A DNA stretch of 47,210 nt. Origin: Octopus bimaculoides. Its lineage: Eukaryota. Where the stretch lies: the NCBI RefSeq assembly GCF_001194135.2, contig NC_068983.1, positions 125,853,887-125,901,096 on the forward strand, in the 5' to 3' direction. This document shows positions 36,806 to 47,210 of the stretch, piece after piece; position 1 is the first letter of the stretch, and the number at the start of each line of letters is the position of its first letter. The notes under the pieces are model-generated. The model was not told the DNA's origin. It worked only from the letters and a program-made list of their open reading frames with translations, and made no database searches. Position numbers and translations under genes: made by a program.

Positions 36806-37499
36806 CGTACACACACTCACACACATACACAGATGCGCACGCACGCACATGTTTATATAAATATATGGGTTAGTTTTCACGGAAATTGTATATCAGCGAG
36901 AAATACTCTAGGTAAACATAATTTACTCAAAGAAAGATAATGTTGTTTGCATCGCATTAGCAAGTAATCAAACAACGTACAATATATGTATGTGTAGTAC
37001 TAGGAAATGTGATATATGTACAATACTTATAATTTAACCGTTATCAAGTATCTTAGCGCTGATGGAAAATGAGGAAAATGAAATCAAAAGCAAAATCTGT
37101 ATTTCCTTAAAGTAAAATCAAAAGAAATAATGATTTCACTTATAAATTTGCAATAAAATCATGATACGAATTTCAATTTTATGAGCATATTCGCAATCTA
37201 CCCTATCGGGAAAATTAGGTGGTACGCCAACAAACTGCATTATAAGTCTGTCTGACTGTTTGTCTGGCTGTTTGTCTGAGTGTCTGTCTCTCTCTCTCTC
37301 TCACTGTTTCTATGTGTGTGTACATGCACACACACACACGCACACATACACGCACACACATACACACATACACACAGGCACACACACACAGACACAGACA
37401 CACACACACACATACACACACACACACACACACACAACTTAGTTGCATTCATTTCATTTGATAAGGCAGCTGCCTGCGGCTTCAAAGATAAGATATATT

Positions 37500-38240
37500 A
37501 CTTTTTAAGTAAAAATATGAATCGCAAAAATATACCAAAAGATAGACCCAGGAAAATAATTTGTTTCGCCTCTCCTTTCTCCCTTAATGTTCAGACTAAC
37601 GCAGGCAAGAAATTCCCGTCTTGTTTTAGATAAACATTTTCCAATAAATCATAAATGTAGGAATTTTTTTTAATAGACGCTCAATAAAAAATATCATACA
37701 GTAGCTGTCCTAATGAAAATATTATAACTCACAAAAGTCACCAAGATGTAAATGTCAAAGCCCTGAAGCATGTCTACTTGACTAGGCATAGATGAGAAAC
37801 TCCGTCATATACAAGGCCGAAACTACACTGACGTTCCAACGCAAACAAATCGAAAAGAAGAATTACATCGGGGCGTGGGAAGGGGAAAATTCAAGAGACG
37901 TTATACAAACCACCCGTGTTCTTTCCGGCACATCGATAAAAGTAATGCAAGTACGTTGACTAGCGTCGTATGGAATTTGAAGAGCAGCTCCACACCACCT
38001 AAAGATAAGTGGAGAATAGTGGAGAAATACAAGCAATATGATAATTGATGTAAAAATTGCAACATATTCGTAGCAGAAAGATCTCATATTTGTCTTAGAT
38101 CTAGCAATTCTAACACACTGCTTAATTAGGAGTTCTGAAATTTTAAACAGGTGTAGACATATGGGCAAATTTCTTTTATCGAATTGAAGAGCATCACGCG
38201 CACCGGATTGAGATGCACTCTCGCCGACTGACATATTTTC
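37500..38240 (+). mobile_element. Penelope-like element, 3' fragment (GIY-YIG endonuclease)
   Basis: RPRKIICFASPFSLNVQTNAGKKF, DKHFP, VIYKAE, NYIG, FKRRYTNH, CKNCNIFVAER, LLN..SEILNRCRH in order, with frameshifts. Confidence 0.88.
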
Positions 38241-38686
38241 TGTTGTTTTGTTTTAAACCAGTTGTATCTAATGAGATTTCCTCAGTCAGGCAAGTCGAGG
38301 ATTTTAGTTTCCTTAATTCCTTTTTTTTTTCATTTCATTTTTTGCACTAACCCTCATCACTTCTTTGCAACGTTATTTCTTATTTTCTCACTGCCCACCA
38401 GTGGTTTTAGAATTTATTAAGCATAAACAGAACCTGAAAGATTGTTTTAAGATAAATGGTATATTTTATAAATATGTCTGTTCAAGTATCATAAGATCAT
38501 GAAAATATTGGTAGCTCTTTCGTCGGCTTTGTATTCAAATTTATACATACATTCATGCATGCATATATACATACATACACACACGCACAAAGATACACGC
38601 GCTCACACACACACATACATATATATACAACAACATCTTGGCCTACATCTTTCCTGTTTCGTAGTGAATATCTTATTTTCCACGAG

Positions 38687-38732
<46 letters not shown>

Positions 38733-38742
<10 letters not shown>

Positions 38743-38822
38743 AATAAGGATAAGATCGATATTTAAAATATTGATCTTATCAAGTGGCCAGCATGGGAAT
38801 AAAAACCATCAAAGGTAACAAT
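38733..38822 (+). repeat. 90-bp direct duplicate of the interior of the adjacent MITE
   Basis: Matches 39213-39302 with one substitution (cagcatggg vs cagcctggg). Confidence 0.92.
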
Positions 38823-39128
38823 TATTTAAAATTATAATATAGGGTATCTAAGAGATACCACGCTGAAAATAACAGTCAAATCTTGACTGTAAACCACAAT
38901 AAATGATCATATAGCACGAAGAGCGAAGACGAAGATAAAATAAACTAGCAAAAATACTGGATAATTCCAGATCCCGGATTTCTGGCTTTGCATAATAAAA
39001 TGCTTTGCCTTCATCAGTGGAAATACACTCAGAAAAGCACATAAATACAAATATATATATATATATATATAAACATACAATATACTTACATATATGAACG
39101 TATACATACATATATATGCACGTATGTA

Positions 39129-39331
39129 CACGACCAGTTTAAATTGCCTGCCTAAAAACTCCTCGTGCGATATGGTCAAAATAATTACCGAAGTAAATAT
39201 AATGACAAAATAAATTTATATAAATAAGGATAAGATCGATATTTAAAATATTGATCTTATCAAGTGGCCAGCCTGGGAATAAAAACCATCAAAGGTAACA
39301 ATTTTTAGGCGGGCAATTTAAACTGGTCGTG
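39129..39331. mobile_element. Tc1/mariner-type MITE (203 bp)
   Basis: 30-bp TIRs cacgaccagtttaaattgcc(t/c)gcctaaaaa with 1 mismatch; TA on the left, TG on the right. Confidence 0.85.
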
Positions 39332-40458
39332 TGCATATATATATATATATATATACACACATTATCTCTCACAGATACACGCGTATATATATAAAAAAAA
39401 CCATACCGGTATGTTCATATGTACATAAATTTAGTATGTTATGGTTGTTACAAGGGTTTATCAAGATTTAAAATATACTCTAATTAAGGTTAATAAATTA
39501 CGAAAGTATAGATAAATAATTAGAATCGTAGTAATTTTAATCTTCTAACCTTTGAGGAAAAAACTAATATGTTTTATTAGAACTATTTTAAGTATTTAAT
39601 TATTACGGGTAAATATGATAGCGTTTTATAAAAACCTTTATTTTTATTTGAATGCAGGATATGTATGTTTTTGCCAATGTTTGCATTTGTAAGAATGTTC
39701 TATGAAACTATTAACCAGATTATTCTTTGAAAATAAAATAACAAGAAATTCTGTTACACAGAGATCACNNNNNNNNNNNNNNNNNNNNNNNNNNNNNNNN
39801 NNNNNNNNNNNNNNNNNNNNNNNNNNNNNNNNNNNNNNNNNNNNNNNNNNNNNNNNNNNNNNNNNNNNNNNNNNNNNNNNNNNNNNNNNNNNNNNNNNNN
39901 NNNNNNNNNNNNNNNNNNNNNNNNNNNNNNNNNNNNNNNNNNNNNNNNNNNNNNNNNNNNNNNNNNNNNNNNNNNNNNNNNNNNNNNNNNNNNNNNNNNN
40001 NNNNNNNNNNNNNNNNNNNNNNNNNNNNNNNNNNNNNNNNNNNNNNNNNNNNNNNNNNNNNNNNNNNNNNNNNNNNNNNNNNNNNNNNNNNNNNNNNNNN
40101 NNNNNNNNNNNNNNNNNNNNNNNNNNNNNNNNNNNNNNNNNNNNNNNNNNNNNNNNNNNNNNNNNNNNNNNNNNNNNNNNNNNNNNNNNNNNNNNNNNNN
40201 NNNNNNNNNNNNNNNNNNNNNNNNNNNNNNNNNNNNNNNNNNNNNNNNNNNNNNNNNNNNNNNNNNNNNNNNNNNNNNNNNNNNNNNNNNNNNNNNNNNN
40301 NNNNNNNNNNNNNNNNNNNNNNNNNNNNNNNNNNNNNNNNNNNNNNNNNNNNNNNNNNNNNNNNNNNNNNNNNNNNNNNNNNNNNNNNNNNNNNNNNNNN
40401 NNNNNNNNNNNNNNNNNNNNNNNNNNNNNNNNNNNNTATATATATATATATATATATA

Positions 40459-41077
40459 TATTCTGTTGTGTCTGGGGAGAGTCATTTTCTTATTGTGCCT
40501 TGAAATTTAACACACTCACCGTTAAAATTTCCACTTATTTCTTATTTTTGTTTTCCTAAAATTTTCGTTGCGTCTTGCAAGCTTATCAATAGACTTGACT
40601 GTCCGTTATTTACGCTGCGTTCTTTTTTTGTTTTTTGTTTGTTTTTGCACATGCGTGTGTCAGTGTGTGTGTATGTATGCATGCATGTACGTGTGCATGT
40701 GTGTGTATGTATGTCTGTGTGTGTGCATATGTATATATGTATGTATGTCTGTGTATGCACATATGTATGTATGTATGTATGTAGGTATTCTGCATTTTCC
40801 TGTGCTTTTGTGTTTTTATGTAAATGTGTGCATGTGTGTGTGCGTGTGTGTGTGTATATGTGGTCATGTGTTTTAGTCTTTATTTGCGTATGTGGTTGTC
40901 TGTTCATATACCCTATGTACCTACCCGTCTGTAAGTAGAACTGTTTGTTTACATATACTTACATGTGCATGCACACACACACCCACACACACAGACATAC
41001 ATACATCTATTAACAGTGAGTGTGTTAAATTTCAAGGCACAATAAGAAAATGACTCTCGTCAGACACAACAGAATAT
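40459..41077. repeat. Inverted pair of ~67-bp arms around a microsatellite spacer
   Basis: 40459-40525 is the reverse complement of 41010-41077 with about 3 mismatches; the left copy continues to about 40580. Confidence 0.9.
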
Positions 41078-41580
41078 GCTTCAACACACGAAATCACATA
41101 AAAAATCTTGCAANNNNNNNNNNNNNNNNNNNNNNNNNNNNNNNNNNNNNNNNNNNNNNNNNNNNNNNNNNNNNNNNNNNNNNNNNNNNNNNNNNNNNNN
41201 NNNNNNNNNNNNNNNNNNNNNNNNNNNNNNNNNNNNNNNNNNNNNNNNNNNNNNNNNNNNNNNNNNNNNNNNNNNNNNNNNNNNNNNNNNNNNNNNNNNN
41301 NNNNNNNNNNNNNNNNNNNNNNNNNNNNNNNNNNNNNNNNNNNNNNNNNNNNNNNNNNNNNNNNNNNNNNNNNNNNNNNNNNNNNNNNNNNNNNNNNNNN
41401 NNNNNNNNNNNNNNNNNNNNNNNNNNNNNNNNNNNNNNNNNNNNNNNNNNNNNNNNNNNNNNNNNNNNNNNNNNNNNNNNNNNNNNNNNNNNNNNNNNNN
41501 NNNNNNNNNNNNNNNNNNNNNNNNNNNNNNNNNNNNNNNNNNNNNNNNNNNNNNNNNNNNNNNNNNNNNNNNNNNNNNNN

Positions 41581-41609
<29 letters not shown>

Positions 41610-41611
<2 letters not shown>

Positions 41612-43643
41612 CAGTTATGTTGAAACTCGCGATACAGAAAAGTGCAGCATTGATGACAAAATATCTCTGGAGTAAATGATGGGCTAATTCGACTAAGTGA
41701 CTTGTCTTTCGTCGGTTTGGAGTATTCCAGCCGCTAACCAGTCACTGACAATTGGGAGTGGAGATGTGTACGTGATTTTTGAACGTAGCGAGAAGCTGTT
41801 AGTAGACATACCCTTTTTGCAGCTGTAGGCGCTGCTTCTAATATGTGTCATCGTCTGAAGTTTTGATATCTCCTTCAGGTATGTTGTCCTACATTACTCT
41901 TACAGTAAATTCGGAGGAACTGTGATTATTCATTTCTGGGTAACGGGGAAACAATGAGCTGATGGACTTGTCCTTGAACTTTGATACACCAAACGATGTC
42001 TTTTGAAAGGCAGAGTTGTACTGTCTGATATTGTTCAGAAATCATTTGACTAGATGGAAGTGCCTTCCGGAAGATCTGTAAGGGTTTGTGGAGGAGTTGG
42101 TAGTGCTGGCAATCTTATCATACCGCCTGCCCCGCACATATCATTAGTTTCTTTTGGAAATTTTAGATCTTTACAGAACAGACAATTTGAATTTAACACC
42201 AGAATATGGACAAAATTATCATTTTTATAAGAATGGGATTCATCATACCTGAAAGCAGCTCCAGGAGATTTGTAGAACGAATTTTTACGTAGTCTGTTTC
42301 TGAGAGCTATTCTACTGGACCACTGTCTAATCAATAAAACGTTGTCTTAACGATTCAGCAATAAGTGCTGCAGCATGCGTTTGCTGACCTTGGAAAAGTC
42401 TCAACTCCCTTCTTTATTGAGAATCTACCCGATCTGCTGCAGCATGCCTTTCCTAATTTACAGATAGTATCATCTCGCTTCTGACTTGAGACTCCATTTG
42501 ATGTGCTGCTGCATGCATTTGCTGATCTTGGGAAAGTCTGATCTACCATTATCTCTTGAGACCCCATTTGACGTGCTGCAACATGCGCTTACTGATCTTG
42601 GGAATGTCTCGTCTCCCTTCTCTCTTGAGCATGTATTTGCTGCACTTGGGAAAGTTTCATCTCCCTTCTATATTGAAACTCCATCTGCTGTATTACAGCA
42701 AGCATTACTGATCTTCGGAAAGTCTCATCTCGCTTCTGTCTGTGGCTTCATTTGATGTGCTGCCGCAAGCATTTCCTGGTCTTGAGAAAGTCTCATCTCC
42801 CGTCTCTCTTGAGACTCCATTTGATGTGCTGTAGCATGTATTTTCTGATCTTGAAAAAGTCTCATTTTTCTCACTTGCGACTCTCGCTTTCAGTTTTCTA
42901 CAATCCACTTATCGTTATACTTGTTTCTGTAGATATTACGTCTTTTCTTTGGTGGGATACATTTTTCAATATAGTAAACTAAAAATTATGAACATAGAAA
43001 TTATACAGTAAACTCTATTACTGTGAGAAGTTCTATGTATGCAATATGTCTTTATTTTTGTATGCAGTATAAATTAACTAAATATAAGCAATTAACCAAA
43101 CAGAAGCACATGTATGAACTACTAATTTAACGTTAAATTTGCAACTGCTCTGCGAATTATTAACTGGTAATTGAACAGTAAGTGTTTATTTTTATACACC
43201 CTGGACCTGCCACCTCATTGTTTCTTGTCAAGATTTTCACCTCCAGCCGTTCATTATGTCAGTCAACACACATGCAATGACACACCATTCCGCTGCCGTG
43301 ACCGTAAACACGGAAGGTTGCCGATGAGTAATGTTGTTCACATAAGGATATAATGAGAATTAAAAGCGAAAGAATAAAAGTGATTACATTAGATTTCAAA
43401 GTGAAAGAATAAAAGTGAAGCAATATTATATCACATTATTGTATAGATGATATTCTTTCATTTTTACATGCAATACAGAACCAGCGCCAGTGTTGTATTG
43501 TTTTTATCCAAACGAAAAAAAGTTGCATGTTGACATACACGGGGTTTGATGCTATTATCATATAAAATTTGATTTGATTTCGTTGAGTCATTTGAGAATT
43601 CCTTCGGAACAGGCAGACAGACAAATAATTTTATATATATAAA
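41610..43643 (-). mobile_element. Helitron 5' fragment (RepHel N-terminus), inactivated
   Basis: 5' end reads a|tttatatatataaaattatttgtctgtctg (canonical TC-TATATATATAAAA start with C>T). Coding: PPKKRRN, about eight 23-aa repeats, zinc-binding-like CLFCKDLKFPKETNDMCGAGG, RLPALPTPP, NNIRQYNSAFQKTSFG, KVQGQV..SQFLRIY. No 3' hairpin/CTAG end seen. Confidence 0.88.
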
Positions 43644-43649
43644 TATATA

Positions 43650-43765
43650 CTTCTTTCAGTTTCCGCGTATCGAATCTACTCACAAAGCTGACGAAACAGC
43701 CACGCAGTGGAACTGATCGGAAACCCTGTTGTTTACAAGGAAGCTTCTTACCACAAAGCCATGTC
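43650..43765 (-). mobile_element. SINE family B, 5' half, internally deleted
   Basis: ttctttcagtttcc..aatctactcacaaagct..ccacgcagtggaactga..cttcttaccacaaagcca. Confidence 0.6.
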
Positions 43766-44157
43766 ATTTAAACAAACACTAGGCATAACATATTTATTTC
43801 TTATTTGAGAATATTATTTAGATTTCTGTTTTAAACCTCAGATTACAATTTTATGAGGAAACCAGAAAGAGAATAGAAGAAAATATTTTTAAATGTAAAT
43901 GTTTTGAATTCGTTTTCCTCGTTTAACCCTAAACAGGTAACCTTACTCTAGACTCTTCAGCCTAAACTCTAAAACGTAACCCTGTCCCAAAATATTAATT
44001 TATAATCTATGACTCTAAATCTAGAGGTATGCTTTAGTTACAATAAAATTCTCTTTTTAAAACAGTACTATTAAAAAATTCAAACGATACGAAAATGAAA
44101 ATACGGCTGGTTGAATCATCCCAACAGAAGCACAAACACACACATAGAAACATACAC

Positions 44158-44192
<35 letters not shown>

Positions 44193-44329
44193 ACGTACAC
44201 GACATACACAAGGCGATAAAGAAATAGATAGACACCCATACAAACATGGTTATTACTCCATCTTCACACGTGATTGCTGTCTCTTTGTTCTCCACTTTCT
44301 CAATGTCATTTCTGATTTTCCACCCATGA

Positions 44330-44690
44330 CCTCTCAAGAATATTCAGTCAGTCCCGATGTAGATGTGAATTATCTGAGACAGACGAAAGTGGTAACTTGT
44401 GCCTTTCAGACCGGTTAGGTTTACACTAGTTGTTAATCTTCCAAAGCCATGACTCGCAAGTAGGACCTGTATACTAATGAATTACAGTGGTAACTACGTC
44501 TATAACAGGAGTACCATTCTTTAGGTTCTCTGATTAGTATCTAGTGCAAAGCCGAATCTAGATATCCAGTAACTACGTGAAACCACATGTCTTACATCAA
44601 AATGTTTATCTTCTTGGAATATCTCGTGACACCAACAAGGGATCCCTCACTCTACCTGGCTTTACTACATATCCAGGCACCAACCAAGCG
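44330..44690 (-). pseudogene. Possible decayed fibronectin type III-like coding remnant
   Basis: Minus frame TTSVNLTGLKGTSYHFRLSQ (about 44434-44374) resembles the FN3 E-F strand motif L.GL.P.T.Y.FRV; surrounded by stops. Confidence 0.25.
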
Positions 44691-44721
44691 TATTTCTACA
44701 TGCGTGCGCACGCGCACACAC

Positions 44722-44772
<51 letters not shown>

Positions 44773-45211
44773 CATATATGCATGCATATATTGATACACA
44801 CATACATATATATGTACAAAATTATATAAGAATATACATATGAATATGTATATATACATACATTATATATGTATAGTTATCTCTCTCTCTCTCTATCTCT
44901 ATCTATCTATATATCTATCTATCTATCTATCCATCTATCTATCTATGTATACAGAGATACATATATACATATACATATACATACACATACACACTGACAC
45001 ACACACACACACACGCGTTCATGCTTTGGAAATCATATAACGTAATATGTGAGAAATAAAAAGGATTTTATTAATCATCTAAGACTAGCTCAGATATTTA
45101 TATATATTTGAGCAAGTTATTCAGTTACAAAACTCAGTATCACATACAACAGAACGCCCAACGGTGAATTTCGTTGTCATTTTTTCATGTAAATATCGAC
45201 AAATTTAACAG

Positions 45212-45585
45212 TTACATTTTGGTATGTATTATGTAACTTATCGTAAAAAGATGGGATTTATAGATATTTGGCAAATATTTTGTATTATTCCAAAATCCGT
45301 TCGGCCTAGTGATATGAAACACCTGGAAACGTCATGGAGTGCGCCGAACAGGATAAAGTTATTTATTCAATACCTCACATGGAAGTCATATTTATGTATA
45401 AATGGGAATGTTTGATATATTCGGATATTTTGTGGACATGCCTCAGGTTTCATTATATTTGTCTTACCCATTGATAATATATTTCGTGAGAAACTTTAGA
45501 AGCTTTTTGTTCATCACTAATGTAATAATTTTTAGCATTGGTATAAACAGTTTGAGACCATTAAATTCCACCTTCTTTAGGAGAC
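45212..45585 (-). pseudogene. Two exon-like segments joined by a canonical 145-nt intron
   Basis: aatttaatatttcAG|45585-45468|GTAAGA...gtttccAG|45322 onward. One frame reads SPKEGGI*WSQTVYTNAKNYYISDEQKASKVSHEIYYQW|VFHITRPNGFWNNTKYLPNIYKSHLFT; an alternative frame is open throughout. Product not recognised. Confidence 0.33.
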
Positions 45586-46699
45586 CTGAAATATTAAATT
45601 TTGAGTAATTTTGTCATGTCACAAACATCAAATTCCGAGGATTTAAATTCCAGTAATTCTTTTCAAAATATACAAAAGTGAATGATTCAATCCTTCCTAA
45701 TGTACGAATTCTATTTATTACAAACATGTGTTACATACATAGTTCTTTTGAGATAATTGACTTATGTAGCTATCGACAAACTACTGCAACACAATAATTC
45801 GTTTTCCAAGGAATTCTTTTTTGTCACACATTCCTATGCAAGAAATAGTTACTAAATCTTGCACGAAAATATTTACAGACTATAAATGAGCAATATAACT
45901 AAACTAATAGCATTATCGCATCCCAACGTAACCTCTACTTTCTCATCATTTTATTCGTTTTATAATTACGGTATTAAACATTCTTCTCAGTTGCAAATAT
46001 ATTTTAATTGCATTCCTTTATTCCCTTACTGGTTTCGGTAATAAGCACCGCCTTGAAGAATTTTGTCGGACATATTGAATCAATTACTCATTTTACTCTA
46101 GAATTTCTTTCCATGGACATTCCTTCGCACGTTACAAAAGTACTGGGCACAAAGTTACTTCAAATATTCGATAGTTGTTTCCAATAATTTATATAACTAT
46201 GATGTAAATATTAGTGACAATTTTATTTAGATATCTTTACTAGAAAGAACATCAACATGAGAATATGTGTCTCAATATTTAAAGAAATATGTTGCCCTGG
46301 GCATGTTTGCTATTTATCTGTGCGCGTACTTGTACGATTTACAAGTGGGTGTATATATTTTGCTTCAAGACACATTTAAAAAACAAATGACTGCGTCATT
46401 AAATTACATATTATATTTTGATCTCCACATATAGTGTTCATGAAATATATTTTATGTCCCTCAAATACTTTATTTTAAGAAACATATCTGACACTAAAGA
46501 GTCGAGGAGGAAGAAATAAGTTTCAATTACATATTTTAATTTGTACTTCCTAGAGAGTGACATTAACAAATTTTATAGAAATGCTAAAATACTATTTCTT
46601 GCCTTAAGACAACAGAATTTATTTTCCTGTAAAACGACATTGCAATGTTTGGAAATTTATGAAAATATGCATTGATTTATTAAATTTAATCATTTTAAA

Positions 46700-46996
46700 A
46701 TGAATGCGAAAAATTTAACGCATCCATTTTCTAATATGCATTATTGACTTAAATGATGTCAAACTGTGTCTGTCACCGCGTTAAAAACCCACATTAGGTC
46801 ACCAAACTGTAAATATTTTGCCATTATTATGCAATAGCTAAAGCCTATTGAGACAGAATATACCATAAACAATAGTACTAAATATTAAAACAAAAGATCC
46901 ATGTGGCAAAATCAGTATATGAAACAATGTTCGAGTTTTCAGAGAATCCCAAGAGTTCCAGGTCTGTTTGATTTGAGTTGATGACTTTAATTTCGC
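46700..46996 (-). pseudogene. Possible decayed NIDO-domain-like coding remnant
   Basis: After an aacAG acceptor: GEIKVINSNQTDLELLGFSENSNIVSYTDFATWIF, then frameshifted NNGKIFTV, QFGDLMW, VFNA, KWM, in NIDO-like order. Confidence 0.27.
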
Positions 46997-47144
46997 CTGT
47001 TAATTATGTTGGGACCCATAAAAATTAGTACTACTTCTGTTTTGCAAATATACAATTGCTTTTCTTCTTTTTCATTTTTATGATTCCACCAAATATTTCT
47101 TGAATTTTTTCTTTTAAACGTTGGAATAAATACTATGCTTGTGC

Positions 47145-47149
<5 letters not shown>

Positions 47150-47210
<61 letters not shown>
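47150..47210. repeat. (AT)n microsatellite
   Basis: Direct inspection. Confidence 0.97.

Noticed and set aside
5581-41679. Long ORFs in the track containing runs of X (e.g. 22609-23436, 25679-27040, 29816-31135, 39702-40559)
   Set aside because: They are open only because N-gaps contain no stops; the flanks are microsatellites, except the real fragment at 25679-26006.
42365-42880. 69-bp tandem array considered as CRISPR-like or as a plus-strand repeat protein
   Set aside because: There are no unique spacers, and the array is embedded in Helitron RepHel coding sequence on the minus strand.

Overview
AT-rich eukaryotic (animal) DNA from a gapped draft assembly. The SINE families and microsatellite content look like an octopus (cephalopod) genome; this attribution is from recalled repeat families, not a search. 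I find no intact protein-coding gene, RNA gene or CRISPR array, and all long ORFs in the supplied track are artefacts of N-gaps or microsatellites. The window is a dense set of decayed mobile elements. Retroelements: three R4/Dong-type RLE LINE fragments and two copies of an unclassified ~520 bp repeat, all within (AAT)n tracts and oriented with them, plus an L1/Tx1-like LINE remnant, a Penelope-like GIY-YIG fragment and about a dozen tRNA-derived SINE copies of three families. DNA elements: four Tc1/mariner relics, a MULE transposase, piggyBac-like and TA-target MITEs, and a ~2 kb Helitron 5' fragment with about eight 23-aa STPR-like repeats. An unclassified GC-rich element appears to be inserted inside a SINE head. 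A few exon-like segments with splice signals (signal-peptide, NIDO-like and FN3-like remnants) hint at decayed host genes, all at low confidence. Family assignments come from manual translation and motif recall, and most boundaries are approximate. Nothing here supports a confidently novel biological system; the best leads are TE-targeting and TE-structure observations.
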